In this document: positions 1 to 13,400 of the stretch, one piece after another
How the letters are laid out: each line of letters begins with the position of its first letter
How positions within the stretch are numbered: the stretch's first letter is position 1
Assembly (NCBI GenBank): GCA_040954595.2
Contig: CM082598.2
Span: forward strand, 8,447,097 to 8,511,096
Direction: 5' to 3'
From: Balanoglossus misakiensis
Lineage: Eukaryota; Animalia; Hemichordata
Length of the DNA: 64,000 nucleotides
Notes under the pieces: generated by a model
The model's input: only the letters and a program-made list of their open reading frames with translations
The model's database searches: none
What the model was told of the DNA's origin: nothing
Made by a program: the position numbers and the translations under genes

Positions 1-914
1 AATAAGCCACAAGCTGCCCAAGTGATTACTGATAAGGAAGAACAACTTTTGATTGAAAGAGGATTTGTCGGTCGATCGACTCCCGAAGCGTTGTTCAACG
101 CAGTTTGGATGAACAACACCAAGATGTTGGGCTTTCGCGGTGGCCAAGAAAACCGGTAATTGAAATGGGAGGGGGGGGGGGATATCAAGCTCAAAAGACG
201 GCCGACCACAAAGAATATCTCGAATTCACCGAAAGGGAGACGAAGACTGCAGATTTAGACAGGCTGGTGCGAAACCACGACCCTTCAACCCCAAAATCTT
301 CGCCACTCCCGAGAAGCCAGACACATGTCCCATAGCCACATCCAAGGAGTTCGCAAATCGTCGCCCCGTTGAAATGAATACCCTAGACAGCCCCTTCTAC
401 TTGCATTGGCAATCAATTATTCGCCGTCATCAACCATATGGTTTAAGAAATCTCCAATGGGAAAGAATAAGTTGGCAACAGTCGTCCGAAGTATGAGCGA
501 GAAAGCAGGCATCAGAGGGGAAAAAACAATCACAGCATGAGAAAAACAGCCATCACGAAATTGTTGCACGCCGGTATTCCACCGACCCAAGTGCAACAGT
601 TATCGGGCCACAGTCAGCTGCAGTCGGTCAACAACTATGCCACCGCCTCGCTAAGACTGCAGGAAGAGATGTCAAACATCCTCGCTCCATGTTCATCCAA
701 ACAAGTCGAAAATAGGGCAATTTCTGGTTCCGTCAGTTCAAGCACGTGTCAGATGGAAGCGGCGACAACGGGCGGTATATTTAGCGACGCAGTGACATAT
801 GGCGGCTCGTTCAATATCTATGTTTCAAATGCGACGTCGACGGGATCACCTTCCATGACACAGCCCCCACCACCGCACAAACGCCTGACAGCCAGTTTTG
901 GCTTATTCACGTGA
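1..914 (+). pseudogene. Crypton-type tyrosine recombinase (DUF3504/KIAA1958/ZMYM-like), 5'-truncated by the window edge, disrupted
   Basis: Frame 1 reads NKPQAAQVITDKEEQLLIERGFVGRSTPEALFNAVWMNNTKMLGFRGGQENR*LKW, with a TAA at 157-159. After a poly-G frameshift it continues ..KTADHKEYLEFTERETKT.., then DSPFYL, WFKKSPMGKNKL, HSMRKTAITKLLHAGIPPTQVQQLSGHSQLQSVNNYA. This gives the recombinase catalytic R...HxxR...H...Y set in the arrangement typical of animal Cryptons. Stops and frameshifts are present. Confidence 0.8.
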
Positions 915-954
915 TGTCCGGTGCTGCATGCATGTCATCGGTCGCGTTGTGACT

Positions 955-1026
955 ATCGACACGACGACCGTGTCGATAGGTGCATTAAAGCACCTTATCG
1001 ACACGATCACGATGACCGTGTCGATT
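955..1026. repeat. Short palindromic units TATCGACACG-N-CGTGTCGATA
   Basis: tatcgacacgacgaccgtgtcgata, followed by tatcgacacgatcacgatgaccgtgtcgat. The same motif forms the array at 36.8-37.3 kb. Confidence 0.75.
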
Positions 1027-2111
1027 AAATACAAAATTTACACTAATGTCACCCGTTTGCTTCAGCAAATATTCTCAAATGTACGGCTTTCGTGTTGAAA
1101 TCAATTTTCCTCGTGTGACAAAAAAAGTGTGTCGTTCCCCGGCCCCTACAGTCACTGTGTTAATGCCATGAAATCCAATTACCTTTTTATAATAAACAAC
1201 CAATGAAATAGTGTTCCCAATGTTTACGTGTTCAACTCAAACTGTAAAAAAATCCAATCAGAGAACATTAAACAAATAAATCGCACGCGTAGCTAAAAAC
1301 ATGCTCAACAACAACAACAACAGTATTTGTTTGATCTATGTAGCTTATTTTCTTCATCTTGAACAATATATTCATGGTGGCGTACGGGGTTAGCGATGTG
1401 ACGGATGTGACGTGGGCAGGCTTAGTCACGGTATATGGTATTCCGGCAGAGTGCGTGCGTTCGAAACGTTTTGTCGCGTTTTTTTTTTTTTCGTTTTTCT
1501 TTTTCCTTCTGTCTGTCTACTTAGTAATTTTTCTCTTCTCTCTCACCCTCTTTCCCACCCTTACCCCTTTTCCCACTACATTCACTGCAGCTATCCGTCA
1601 GTTTTTATAATGTCCGCCCACAGCAAGTTACAACGGGTCAATCGCTTTTCTAATAACAACCGGCCACGGTTAGGAAGGGTATTACCGTTTAACAACAAGT
1701 CTATATAGTACCAATATTCGCCCATTATGTACAAGAAAACACCAGAGACTACTCGGGTTATAAAAACACCCGCCGCTCCAAATTGCCACAGTACGCACAG
1801 CCGATGTATGCAACTAAGCTAAGCAGACCTTCACCATCACTCTTTTGCGACATCCGAACTATGTCCGTACATCCATATCTTTTTTAAGAAACATATTTAT
1901 TCTATATTCGTATTTTCCAATTAAGATGATATATTACAGTGCTGATATTAAAAATATAAACTATAAAAAAGGTCTTTTCAGGAAAAGCAAAACGATTAAA
2001 CGGACAATATCGACAGCATAGCGCACCCAGCGGCAGGCCAGTGGACATCGACTTCGCACGGACTCATGGGTATTTGGCGCTAAAACTATCGATCACGTGA
2101 TCATTTTGAAG

Positions 2112-2365
2112 ATGGCGGCAAACATGGAGCAGCGTGAGTTTAACAACTTCGAAGAACTACATCAGTATGTTAGCCAATACGCCAAAATGAATCTGTTCGT
2201 ATTTACAATAGGTGATTGCCGAACTGTGGGTAACGCAAATAAGAAATTAACGAAAGGCAGCAAACCGTATAATACGAAATTTAAATATTCGTATGTAAAG
2301 TACGTTTGCAAGCATTACAGTAACCGCAGAAAGACCCAAAGCGCCGGGATTCGACCGAATCAAAG
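2112..2365 (+). CDS. Exon 1: ZSWIM3/FAR1-like N-terminal region of MULE transposase
   Basis: MAANMEQREFNNFEELHQYVSQY..FKYSYVKYVCKHY..GIRPNQR. Donor AG|gtgag at 2365/2366 joins in phase to 4213, giving RPNQRSYRMGCKASI. Confidence 0.8.
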
Positions 2366-2425
2366 GTGAGTTTTATTGAACGTTTACCAAAAACGGTCTC
2401 ATGGAATTTCTAGGGTGAAAACTAA

Positions 2426-3776
2426 GGGACCGTTCAGTTTTTATGGCAGGGGGGGGGGGGCGGCAAGTTTGTGTCATCGGTTCTCAAAATTCCAAAAAAT
2501 GATGACCCCCCTTTGACAGACCCAAAAATATGATGACCCCCTCCCCCCCACGCCGAAAACATTCGCCGTCCTGATCCTATGTATACACTGTATGCAATAA
2601 AGGGAATGGGGCTCCTCTCCCCTCAATTATAAATTTCTTAAAGTAATTGAATTATTTAATAATATCGTTGCAATAAAGAAATTAATGAACAAAATAAAAT
2701 GACAAGTCAATACAATAGTTGCTAGAATTGGTAAAACAAGAAAAGTGGCGGGGGTGGGCGTGGGAGGGGGTGTCCCCCTCCCACATAAGAAAATTTTGTA
2801 AAATACGGTGCTCAAAGTTGCATTTTAATGAACTCAAAAGCAAATAAAGTAAATGTTAGGCAGGACGAATTTTGATTTTGCCACTCCACTCAAAGTAAGC
2901 ATAGGGGTGGGGTGGGAATAAGTCTGCCCTGGTACACTAGACAAACCAGCGGATAAATGATATGTTGCATAGAATGTAGGGGGTGGGTGTGGGAGGGGGT
3001 GTCCCCCTCCCACATAAGAAAATTTTGTAAAATATGTAACTTAAAGTTGCATTTTTATGAACTCAAAAGCAAATTCATCTCAATGTTTGGGAGGACCAAT
3101 TTTATTTTTTGCCATTCCACTCAAAGTTAGAAGATTTGGCGTCATCTTCGTCATGACATCATTTATAAAACTTCCAGCATATAGAAGATGCAGCACGAAA
3201 CTATCAGTTATGCAAAATGGTTTAAACGTTTATTCTCCTTTATGTATTAACTTTGTTAAATATTATCATCAGTGGGTTTGGGGTGGCAAGCACTCTGCCC
3301 TGGTAGAATAGTCAAACCAGCAAAAATCGACATGTTGCAAAGAATGTAGGGGGTGGGTGTTAGAAAATTTTATAAAATACAGAGCTCAAAGCTGCATTTT
3401 AATGAACCCGGCAAAAGCAAATTAACTCAACTACCGGTATGTTGGGGAGGACAAATTTAACCGTCGCCGCTCAAAGTTATCATGGGGTGGGGGCAAGTCC
3501 CCTGACCCTGGACACTAGATAAACCAGTCAATGATTGAAAGGTGTTGATGAATGGAGGGGGTGGGTGTGAAAATTTTGTAAAATAAAGGACGCGAAACTG
3601 CAATTTTGTGGACTCAATAGCAAAAGTTTGGCGGCAAAAGTATGTGACCCCCCCCCCTAAACGTTTAAAAAAAACAGATGACCCCCCCCCTTTTGGACTT
3701 CAAAATTCAAGTGACCGCCCCCCCCCCCCGGATTTTGCCGCCCCCCCCCCCCCGGCCGTAAAAACTGAACGGTCCC
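2426..3776. mobile_element. PIF/Harbinger-type non-autonomous element (MITE) in intron 1
   Basis: Terminal inverted repeats (TIRs) GGGACCGTTCAGTTTTTAYGGC / GCCGTAAAAACTGAACGGTCCC. TAA TSD at 2423-2425 and 3777-3779. Internal diverged repeats (ggggtgggtgt..aaaattttgtaaaata). Confidence 0.85.
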
Positions 3777-3856
3777 TAAGCACTGTTGGGGGTGGGGAGA
3801 GATTGTCTTTGTTGACAAAAATTAAGCCTCGATTTTGTTGAAAACGTGGACCTTAA

Positions 3857-4135
3857 AGCCCCATTAGCTGTATCTTTTCATATTATTTTGAACACAGTAA
3901 TTTTCGATCAAAGGTAACTTATTCAAAAGTCCTTCCCAATGTGTGGCCATAAAATGTTTCATGATGTTGGCAAAGGACTCGGATTCGCAAAACAACTTAG
4001 ATTTATTAACAAAGAAATAATTTTTGGCTTGCAAGCCAAATATGGCCGCCACCAGCAAGTATGCATAGATGGTTGGATTTGATAGACACGGTATATTGCC
4101 AGTGATTGAAATGGCAGCATTTTCAGACAAAATGG
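3857..4135. mobile_element. Truncated copy of the TTAA (Kolobok-like) MITE seen intact at 17136-17941, opposite orientation
   Basis: Starts TTAA|AGCCCCATTAGCTGTATCTTTTCATATTATTTTGAACAC, the reverse complement of ~17895-17945. The interior (gcttgcaagccaaatatggccgccaccagcaagtatgcatagatgg) is the reverse complement of ~17290-17340. Confidence 0.7.
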
Positions 4136-4212
4136 TTGCAAATCTCCTTGGATTTTGAGTTAGATTGAGCGTATATGAACCCTGGATATTGATATGGCCT
4201 TTCTTTTATCAG

Positions 4213-6346
4213 GAGTTACAGAATGGGCTGTAAGGCGTCCATTTATGCCTCTGTCGATCGCTGCAAGGAAAAATTTGTAATACTTAAAGCAAATCTGCAC
4301 CATAATCATGAGACAAATGAGGATCTGTTCAAAGTGTACCCAGAACAGAGGAGACTTGATGAAAAGGAAAAGTGTACAGTTGACATGTTAAGCAAGCTCA
4401 CCGTTCCCGCAAGTTTTATCTCAGAGCACCTGTATGAGGTTACCGGAAATCGACTTACAGTCAAAGATATACAGAACATTAGGAGACGCAATCAGTGTGG
4501 CGAAGATTTAAACAATATACTTCAAGTTCTTGAAGAGTTCTGTGCAAGTTGTGAAGAAAATACTGTTTGTATTGAGGCAGATGAAGATGGAGAAATCCAG
4601 GGAATATTTTTTCAAACTGCTGAACAGAAGAAACTCTTCTCAAAATTTCCAGAAATACTGCACATAGATGGCACATACAACATCAATAACAGACGTATGC
4701 CGCTGTATGTCGCAATGGTTGACGATGGTCATGGAAGAGGTGTCGCTGTGGGTTATGTGCTTTTGTCCAATGAAAGAAAAGAATGTGTGAGGTTTTTTTT
4801 GAAAACTTTGCAAGAAAACAATCCATGTATCGGTGAACACACAAGATGTTTCATTGTAGATAAAGACTTCACTGAGATTGCCATAATAACGGAACTTTTC
4901 CCTGCCGCTCATATCATAGTGTGTCTCTTCCATGTGTTGAAGATATTTCGCCAAGAAATCAATAAGTTGAAATTGTCTGAAGAAGTCAAGTAAAAAATAC
5001 GGTCCTGCGTACAGGCAATTGTGTATTCTCAAACTGAAGAGACATACACAGAAAAAGTAAATGATCTGAGAAAAGTTGCTTGTAGAGAATTTCTTGAGTA
5101 CTTCGATCGCAACTGGGACAACTGTAGACACATGTGGGCATCATACTTGACCAACAAATACTGCAGCTTCAAAACAAAAACAAACAACATACTGGAAAGA
5201 CATCACCAGGAGCTGAAAAAACACCTAAATGGCCGAATAACTGTTGCTGAATGCATAAAGAAGATCTTACGCAGTCAAGAAAGAAGTCTGTCCAGGAGTG
5301 AGCATAAACATCTAATGACTTCAGCTTGCACATTGTACAATGTCCATGACAAAGACAAGTTGGTACGAGACATAAGAGTTACGGCAACTCCATATGCAGC
5401 AAAGCAAATGGTGTCACAGTACTCGCAGGCAATGGAGTTGAAAGCCAAAGCTGTTATTCAAGTTCATTCTGATCAGATGTTCTCAATTTCAATAAATAAA
5501 GTATCCAGGGCAGTTAATATATCCAGTAGTGGACAGCCAAGATGTACATGTAGCTTCTGGTCGTCCATGCACTTACCGTGTAAACATATTTTCATGCTGG
5601 TATCGGAAAAGTTGTTAACTTTCAGCCAAGACTGGATTACAGTGCGCTGGAAAAAGATATACCAGAGCGAGCATGTACCACTATCTCTCTCACCAAAGTC
5701 AAACTCAGTAGTCACTACCAGTATGTCAGAAAAAAGGAAACTAAGTCGTACTGAAAAGTACAACAAAATGAGAAAAGTGTTGCTAGAAATAGGTGATGCA
5801 TGTTCTGGAATCCCTCAAGAGCAGTTTGATCATCAATATATGCAAATGTTGATGATCAGAAATGCATGGACGGCTGGTGAAGAAATCCGTATAGAAAGTT
5901 GCTCTGATGGAATTGATTCACATACTCCGGGTATGGTCGGAAATGTTGTCTTAGATGGGGTTGGTGTGCCAATTGACCAAAGTAGGGTTGATGGTGTTGT
6001 TCAGTCAGGTTTGCGTACTTGTACTCAAGGTACTATGGGAGATGTTGATCTCAGTGGAGTTGATTTGCCAACTGAACTTTGTGGGGTTGATGGTGTTGTT
6101 CGGTCCTATCCATGTTTTGCTGGAATTAATGTTGACCAAGGTGGTGTTGATATGCAAATTGACCTTAGTGGGGTTGATGGTGTTGTTCAGACAAATTCGC
6201 ATACATGTACTCAAGGTACTACAGGGGATGTTGATCTCAGTGGAGTTAATTTGCCAATTGACCTTAGTGGGATTGATGGTGTTGTTAGATCCGATCCATG
6301 TTCTGCTGGAATTAATGTTGACCAAGGTGGTGTTGATATGCAAATA
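4213..6346 (+). CDS. Exon 2a: MULE transposase DDE domain and SWIM zinc finger (in-frame stop 4991-4993)
   Basis: Acceptor ttcttttatcag. Motifs: HNH, FPEILHIDGTY (D1), FIVDKDF (D2), CLFHV (CxxH), TNNILERHH (E), SWIM CTCSFWSSMHLPCKH. ORFs 4223-4993 and 5021-6361 are in the same frame, separated by one TAA. Confidence 0.9.
5945..6346 (+). repeat. Coding minisatellite, 186-bp (62-aa) unit of GVD-rich subrepeats; continues at 14079-14150
   Basis: tgtactcaaggtact at 6020 and 6206; gttgaccaaggtggtgttgatatgcaaat at 6131 and 6317. The peptide repeats DLSGVDGVV. Confidence 0.85.
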
Positions 6347-7597
6347 TACCCTAGGAGATAGGTGCCGTTAATCAGAATTTTTGGTAAGGAAGGTTTGAGA
6401 AGTCCATTCTATGTAAAAAATGGTGCTGATTCCAAAAATGTCAGTCTTATTGACCCCACTCAAGACAAAATTGCCATTTTGGCCATTTTTAACCCAAAAA
6501 TGGTCTTTTTTAGAAAACACTAAAAACACACTGTTTTCGTCACATTCTGAGATCTGATGACATATGATATGCTTATTCTATGTAAAAATTGGTGAATATT
6601 ACGAAAAAAGTAGTCCGATTGACCCAAAACAACACAAAATTGCCTTTTTGACCATTTTTTGCCCCAAAAAACGTCATTTTTAGAAAACATTTAAAACACA
6701 CGGGTTTCTTCATAATAATTGATCTGGTGATATATGGAAAGTCAATTCTATGTTAAAAGTGGTGACTTTAAAAAATAAAGCAGTCTTTTTGACCTCAATC
6801 AATACAAAAATGCCATTTTTGGCCACTTTTTGAGGTCAAAAAAGGTCATTTTTACAAAAAAACTAAAAACAAATTGTGTTCTTCATATTCAGAGATCATT
6901 GGATATATGAAATGTCCATTCTATGTAAAAAATGGTGCTGATTCCAGAAATAGCAGTCTTATTGATCCTACTCATGAAAAAATGCCATTTTTGCCACTTT
7001 TTGCCCCAAAAACGTCATTTTCAGAAAACGCTCAATATTTTTATATATCTTCTTTTTTCGGAGATCTGATAATGTATTATATGCCCACCCTATGTAAAAT
7101 TTGGTGATTATTCCAAAAAAGCAGATTTATTGACCCATCCTAATGCAAAAATGCCCTTTTGGAAAGTTTTTGCCCAAAAAGGCCATTTTTAGAAAAAAAA
7201 TTAAAAACAAACTTTTCTTCATAAAGCTCAGAGATCATGTGATATATAAAATGTTCATCCTATGTAAAAAATGGTGCTGATTCCAGAAATAGCAGTCTTA
7301 TTGATCCTACTCAAGAAAAAAATGCCATTTTGCCACTTTTTGCCCCAAAAACGTCATTTTCAGAAAACACTCAAAATGTATATATTTTCTTCACTTTCGG
7401 AGATCTGATAATGTATTATATGCCCACTATATGTGAAAAATTTCCAAAAAAAGCAGTTTTATTGATGCCACTCAAGATAAAAGTGCCTTTTTGGAAAGTT
7501 TTTGCCCAAAAAGTGTCATTTCTAGAAAATACGAAAATATGCCATTTTCTTCCCATTGGTGATCTAATGATATATAAAAGTAGTGACATTAAAAAAA

Positions 7598-9447
7598 ATA
7601 GCGTCAAGGACACTGTGGTCCCATTTGAGGAATATGCGGAAACAGTGACACACCAGAATAAAAATTACAGGTGACATTGCAAGCAGATCTGCAAGCAACA
7701 ATATCGGGCCCAAGCCAACATAGCACATAGCAACATAGCAATAAGCATATCTGCTCTGGATGCCAAGATATGGAAAAGTAGGTCAAAGGTCACCTGAGGT
7801 TATGCAAAATTTGGGCAAGAAATTTTGACCCTATACTGGTCCATGTTCAACAAAAACCAAACCTAAAGCCCTATTGGTTAGCCTGGAATTAGGTATGCAC
7901 ATAATTAATGAGATATGCAGGTGTCACAGGTGACCCCAAATTTTGGCTTTTCAATTTTAGTCCCAACCCTCCAAACGCCAAGTCTTTACCTGCTCTGGAT
8001 GCCAAGATATGATAAAGTAGGTCAAAGGTCACCTGAGGTCATGCAAAATTTGGGCTAGAAATTTTGACCCTATACTGGTCCAGGTTCAACAAAAACCAAA
8101 CCTATAGCCCTATTGGTTAGCCTGGAATTAGGTATGCACATAATAAATGAGATATGCAGGTGTCACAGGTGACCCCCAATTTTGGCTTTTCAATTTTAGT
8201 CCCAACCCTCCAAACGCCAAGTCTGTACCTGCTCTGGATGCCAAGATATGATAAAGTAGGTCAAAGGTCACCTGAGGTCATGCAAAATTTGGGCAAGAAA
8301 TTTTGACCTTATACTGGTCTATGTTCAACAAAAACCAAACCTATAGCCCTATTGGTTAGCCTGGAATTAGGTATGCACATAATTAATGAGATAAGCAGGT
8401 GTCACAGGTGACCCCCCCCCCCCCCCAATTTTGGCTTTTCAATTTTAGTCCCAACCCTCCGAACGCCAAGTCTGTACCTGCTCTGGATGCCAAGAAATGG
8501 TTAAGTAGGTCAAAGGTCACCTGAAGTCAAGCAAAATTTGGGCAAGAAATTTTGACCCTATACTGGTCCAGGTTCAACAAAAACCAAACCTATAGCCCTA
8601 TTGGTTAGCCTGGAATTAGGTATGCACATAATAAATGAGATATGCAGGTGTCACAGGTGACCAATATTTTGGCTTTTCAATTTTAGTCCCAACCCTCCAA
8701 ACGCCAAGTCTGTACCTGCTCTGGATGCCCAGATATAGGAAAGTAGGTCAAAGGTCACCTGAGGTCACCCAAAATTTGGGCAAGAAATTTTGACCCTATA
8801 CTGGTCCATGTCCCACACGAACGAAACCTCTAGCCCTATCAGTTAGCCCGGAATTAGGTATGCACATAATTAATGTGTTAAGCAGGTGTTACAGGTGAGC
8901 CCAAAATTTTGCCTTTTATTTTGGCCCCATTGTGCTCACTGACCAATAGACAGTCACTGTACAGGACTATTGCACAGACCAGATTTCCACAATAAGACGT
9001 GGACATAGCTTAACCATAGAGGTATAAGTAAAGGTATAAATTTAATAAAAAGACTAAAAAATTCATAAAAAATAAAACATCCATGATATTAACTTAACAC
9101 TTACAGGTCGATGTGAGGTTGACATATGGTACATGCATACCAATTTTTAAAGCAATCTGACGAGTAGTTGTTGACTTTCAGAGTTTTGATAAATTTCACA
9201 TTTTTCCAGCTAATTTGCATATTTTTGGGCCTGGCAACTTCGTTTGGACAAACTCCCATCTACAGCCCAGCCTGCACCTACACACCAAATATTGAGGTGA
9301 TACGCACAGCGGTTTTCAAGTTTTTGATGTGGACGGACATACAGACATACATCCATCCATCCATCCATCCATACATCCATACATACATACAGACGCAACC
9401 GATCCCATAAGGTCCCATGGTATATATGCCTATACCAATGGGACCTA
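7598..9447 (+). mobile_element. HINE/DINE-like (non-autonomous Helentron-type) element nested in the foldback arm
   Basis: Inserted in an A-run, and the foldback subrepeat resumes after 9450. It has 5' ggtcccat, a central 239-bp tandem array, a (CATC/CATA)n tract at ~9335-9390, and a 3' hairpin ggtcccatggtata..tataccaatgggacc followed by taaaaa. Confidence 0.7.
7752..8915. repeat. Tandem repeat, ~239-bp unit x ~5
   Basis: tgctctggatgcc recurs at 7752, 7991, 8230, 8479 and 8717. Confidence 0.92.
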
Positions 9448-10439
9448 AAAACCCACTCTTACTGACCCAACAGAGGGAAAAAATACCATTTTGGCCTCTT
9501 TGGGTAACTGTTAGAAAAAATAAATACAAACTTATTCCTTCATATTCAGAGCCCTTGTGATGTATGTAAATTCGTTTTTGTTTTGTTTTTTGTGTGTGCA
9601 AAAAATATGCTGATACCAGCACAACGGTCTTATTGAGACACCCCGCTCAGTACAAAATTGCCATTTAACCATCTTTTGGTCAACAATAGTCATTTTCAGA
9701 AAACGAATATAATTGTGATGTGTCTGCCTTTTGAGTTCTGATGTTGTATATGCATATTTAAAACGTCATAACCATATATCAATTAAATTGATGATATTGA
9801 AAGACAGAGTTGCCACAATTTGGCACATTTAGCGCAAAACTGAACTCAACAATAAGACGATCCATGTACACGCACTGTGTACTATAAGTCGATTATGCCT
9901 GGTGTGAAATATTTAGGTTCAGATATGCCAGCTCAGGAGAGATTGTTGAAATTTATTCTCTTCAATCTGAATACAAAATCGGAAATTATATTATAATTTA
10001 TATCATGATACCTCCGTCATACTGATTGGACAGGAGTGCAACCCAACGATGCTAGAATACTCAATAGAGCACTGGCACCTGAACTAGCACGCAGCAGGAA
10101 AAATGTGGGCTTAAACCAAATAAACATAATAAAAACACTTAAATTCCTTGACGTTTTAATTTGGAACTGCTGTATGGGAATATTTAGACATTGTGCAATG
10201 CAATGCCTGTCTTTTGTCATCTGTATCATGTTTGGAGCTTGGTCCCGGGCGGCGTGTTTACATTCATCGACGCGAGTTTTGTTCAATTCGTAACTTCTTT
10301 TCCTCTCGACGCTGTTTCATCATCATTATGAGTTCAACTTGGGCTAATTTTGCAAAAACTCCAAATACAAACATTTTTTCGGTACAAAATGGCTAAAAGG
10401 ATAAATTTTTCTTGAGTAGATCTTTTTTTGGCTACAAAT

Positions 10440-13400
10440 AGCCAAAAAGGCAATTTTGACTAGAGTGGGGCCAACCAGACTGCCGTTTTTGGGATAGTCA
10501 CCAAATTGTACACAGAATGGACTTTTCATACATGATCAGATCTCTGAATATGAAGAAAACAATTTGTCTTTAGTTTGCTTGTTTTTAATGAACATTTTTG
10601 ACCAAAAAAGTGGCCGAAATTTCAATTGAATAGGGTAAGTAAGACTTCCGTTTTTGGAACAGTAACCACGTTTCAATATAGAATGGGCTTTTATTTATAA
10701 TAAGATCACCGAAAGTGAAGAAAAGAGAATGCTATTAATATATTCTTAAAAATAACAATTTTGTGCAAAACTTAGCCAAAAAGGCGATTTCATCATGGTT
10801 GAGGTCATTAAGACTGCATTTCTGGAAACAACACCTATTTTACAATACATGTACTTTTCACACACCATAGAATCTCCAAATAATAAGAAAAACAGTTTGT
10901 TTTTAATGATTTTCGAAAAGTGGCTTTTTGGGCACTGTTTTCTTGAGTGTCGCCAGTAAAACTTTTTTGGGGAATTTTTTTCACATAGAGTGGGTATATA
11001 ATACATCATCATCTCCGAAAGTGAAGAAAATATAAAAGTTTTGGGTGTTTTCTAGAAATGACACTTTTGGGGCAAAAACTTGCCAAAAAGGCACTTTTAT
11101 CTTGAGTGGCATCAATAAAACTGCTTTTTTAGAAATTTTTCACATATAGTGGGCATATAATACATCATCAGATCTCCAAAAGTGAAGAAAATAAATAAAT
11201 TTTGAGTGTTTTCTGAAAATGACGTTTTAGGGGCAAAAAGTGGCAAAAATGACATTTTTTCTTGAGTAGGATCATTAAGACTGCTATTTCTGGAATCAGC
11301 ACCATTTTTTACATAGGATGAACATTTCATATATCACATGATCTCTGAGCTTTATGAAGAAAAGTTTGTTTTTAATTTTTTTTTCTAAAAATGGCCTTTT
11401 TGGGCAAAAACTTTCCAAAAGGGCATTTTTGCATTGGGTTGGGTCAATAAATCTGCTTTTTTTGGAATAATCACCAAATTTTACATAGGCTGGGCATATA
11501 ATACATTATCAGATCTCCGAAAGTGAAGAAAATATATACATTTTGAGTGTTTTCTGAAAATGACGTTTTTGGGGCAAAAAGTGGCAAAAATGGCATTTTT
11601 TATTGAGTAGGATCATTAAGACTGCTATTTCTGGAATCAGCACCATTTTTTACATAGGATGAACATTTCATATATCACATGATCTCTGAGCTTTATGAAG
11701 AAAAGTTTGTTTTTAATTTTTTTTTCTAAAAATGGCCTTTTTGGGCAAAAACTTTCCAAAAGGGCATTTTTGCATTGGGTTGGGTCAATAAATCTGCTTT
11801 TTTTGGAATAATCACCAAATTTTACATAGGCTGGGCATATAATACATTATCAGATCTCCGAAAGTGAAGAAAATATATAAATTTTGAGTGTTTTCTGAAA
11901 ATGACGTTTTTGGGGCAAAAAGTGGCAAAAATGGCATTGTTTCTTGAGTAGGGTCAATAAGACTGCTATTTCTGGAATCAGCACCATTTTTTACATAGAA
12001 TGGACATTTCATATATCCAATGATCTCTGAATATGAAGAACACAATTTGTTTTTAGTTTTTTTGTAAAAATGACCTTTTTTGACCTCAAAAAGTGGTCAA
12101 AAATGGCATTTTTGTATTGATTGAGGTCAAAAAGACTGCTTTATTTTTTAAAGTCACCATTTTTAACATAGAATTGACTTTCCATATATCACCAGATCAA
12201 TCATTATGAAGAAAACCGTGTGTTTTAATTTTTTTCTAAAAATGACGTTTTTGGGGCAAAAAATGGTAAAAAGGCAATTTTTTGTTGTTTTGGGTCAATC
12301 GGACTACTTTTTTCGTAATATTCACCAAATTTTACATAGAATAAGCATATCGTATGTCATCAGATCTCAGAATGTGACGAAAACAGTGTGTTTTAGTGTT
12401 TTCTAAAAAAAGACCATTTTTGGGTTAAAAAGGGCCAAAATGGCAATTTTGACTAGAGTGGGGCCAACCAGACTGCCGTTTTTGGGATAGTCACCAAATT
12501 GTACACAGAATGGACTTTTCATACATGATCAGATCTCTGAATATGAAGAAAACAATTTGTCTTTAGTTTGCTTGTTTTTAATGAACATTTTTGACCAAAA
12601 AAGTGGCCGAAATTTCAATTGAATAGGGTAAGTAAGACTTCCGTTTTTGGAACAGTAACCACGTTTCAATATAGAATGGGCTTTTATTTATAATAAGATC
12701 ACCGAAAGTGAAGAAAAGAGAATGCTATTAATATATTCTTAAAAATAACAATTTTGTGCAAAACTTAGCCAAAAAGGCGATTTCATCATGGTTGAGGTCA
12801 TTAAGACTGCATTTCTGGAAACAACACCTATTTTACAATACATGTACTTTTCACACACCATAGAATCTCCAAATAATAAGAAAAACAGTTTGTTTTTAAT
12901 GATTTTCGAAAAGTGGCTTTTTGGGCACTGTTTTCTTGAGTGTCGCCAGTAAAACTTTTTTGGGGAATTTTTTTCACATAGAGTGGGTATATAATACATC
13001 ATCATCTCCGAAAGTGAAGAAAATATAAAAGTTTTGGGTGTTTTCTAGAAATGACACTTTTGGGGCAAAAACTTGCCAAAAAGGCACTTTTATCTTGAGT
13101 GGCATCAATAAAACTGCTTTTTTAGAAATTTTTCACATATAGTGGGCATATAATACATATAGGATGAACATTTCATATATCACATGATCTCTGAGCTTTA
13201 TGAAGAAAAGTTTGTTTTTAATTTTTTTTTCTAAAAATGGCCTTTTTGGGCAAAAACTTTCCAAAAGGGCATTTTTGCATTGGGTTGGGTCAATAAATCT
13301 GCTTTTTTTGGAATAATCACCAAATTTTACATAGGCTGGGCATATAATACATTATCAGATCTCCGAAAGTGAAGAAAATATATAAATTTTGAGTGTTTTC

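Noticed and set aside
1200-2100. Canonical MULE left TIR with 9-bp TSD
   Set aside because: I could not find a matching inverted sequence downstream of the gene, so the element ends remain undefined.
4223-6361. Intact domesticated ZSWIM1/3 host gene
   Set aside because: It has an in-frame TAA, two exon insertions, a frameshift and a second stop, and the extra Ulp1/PHD domains fit a transposon. No gene symbol was assigned.
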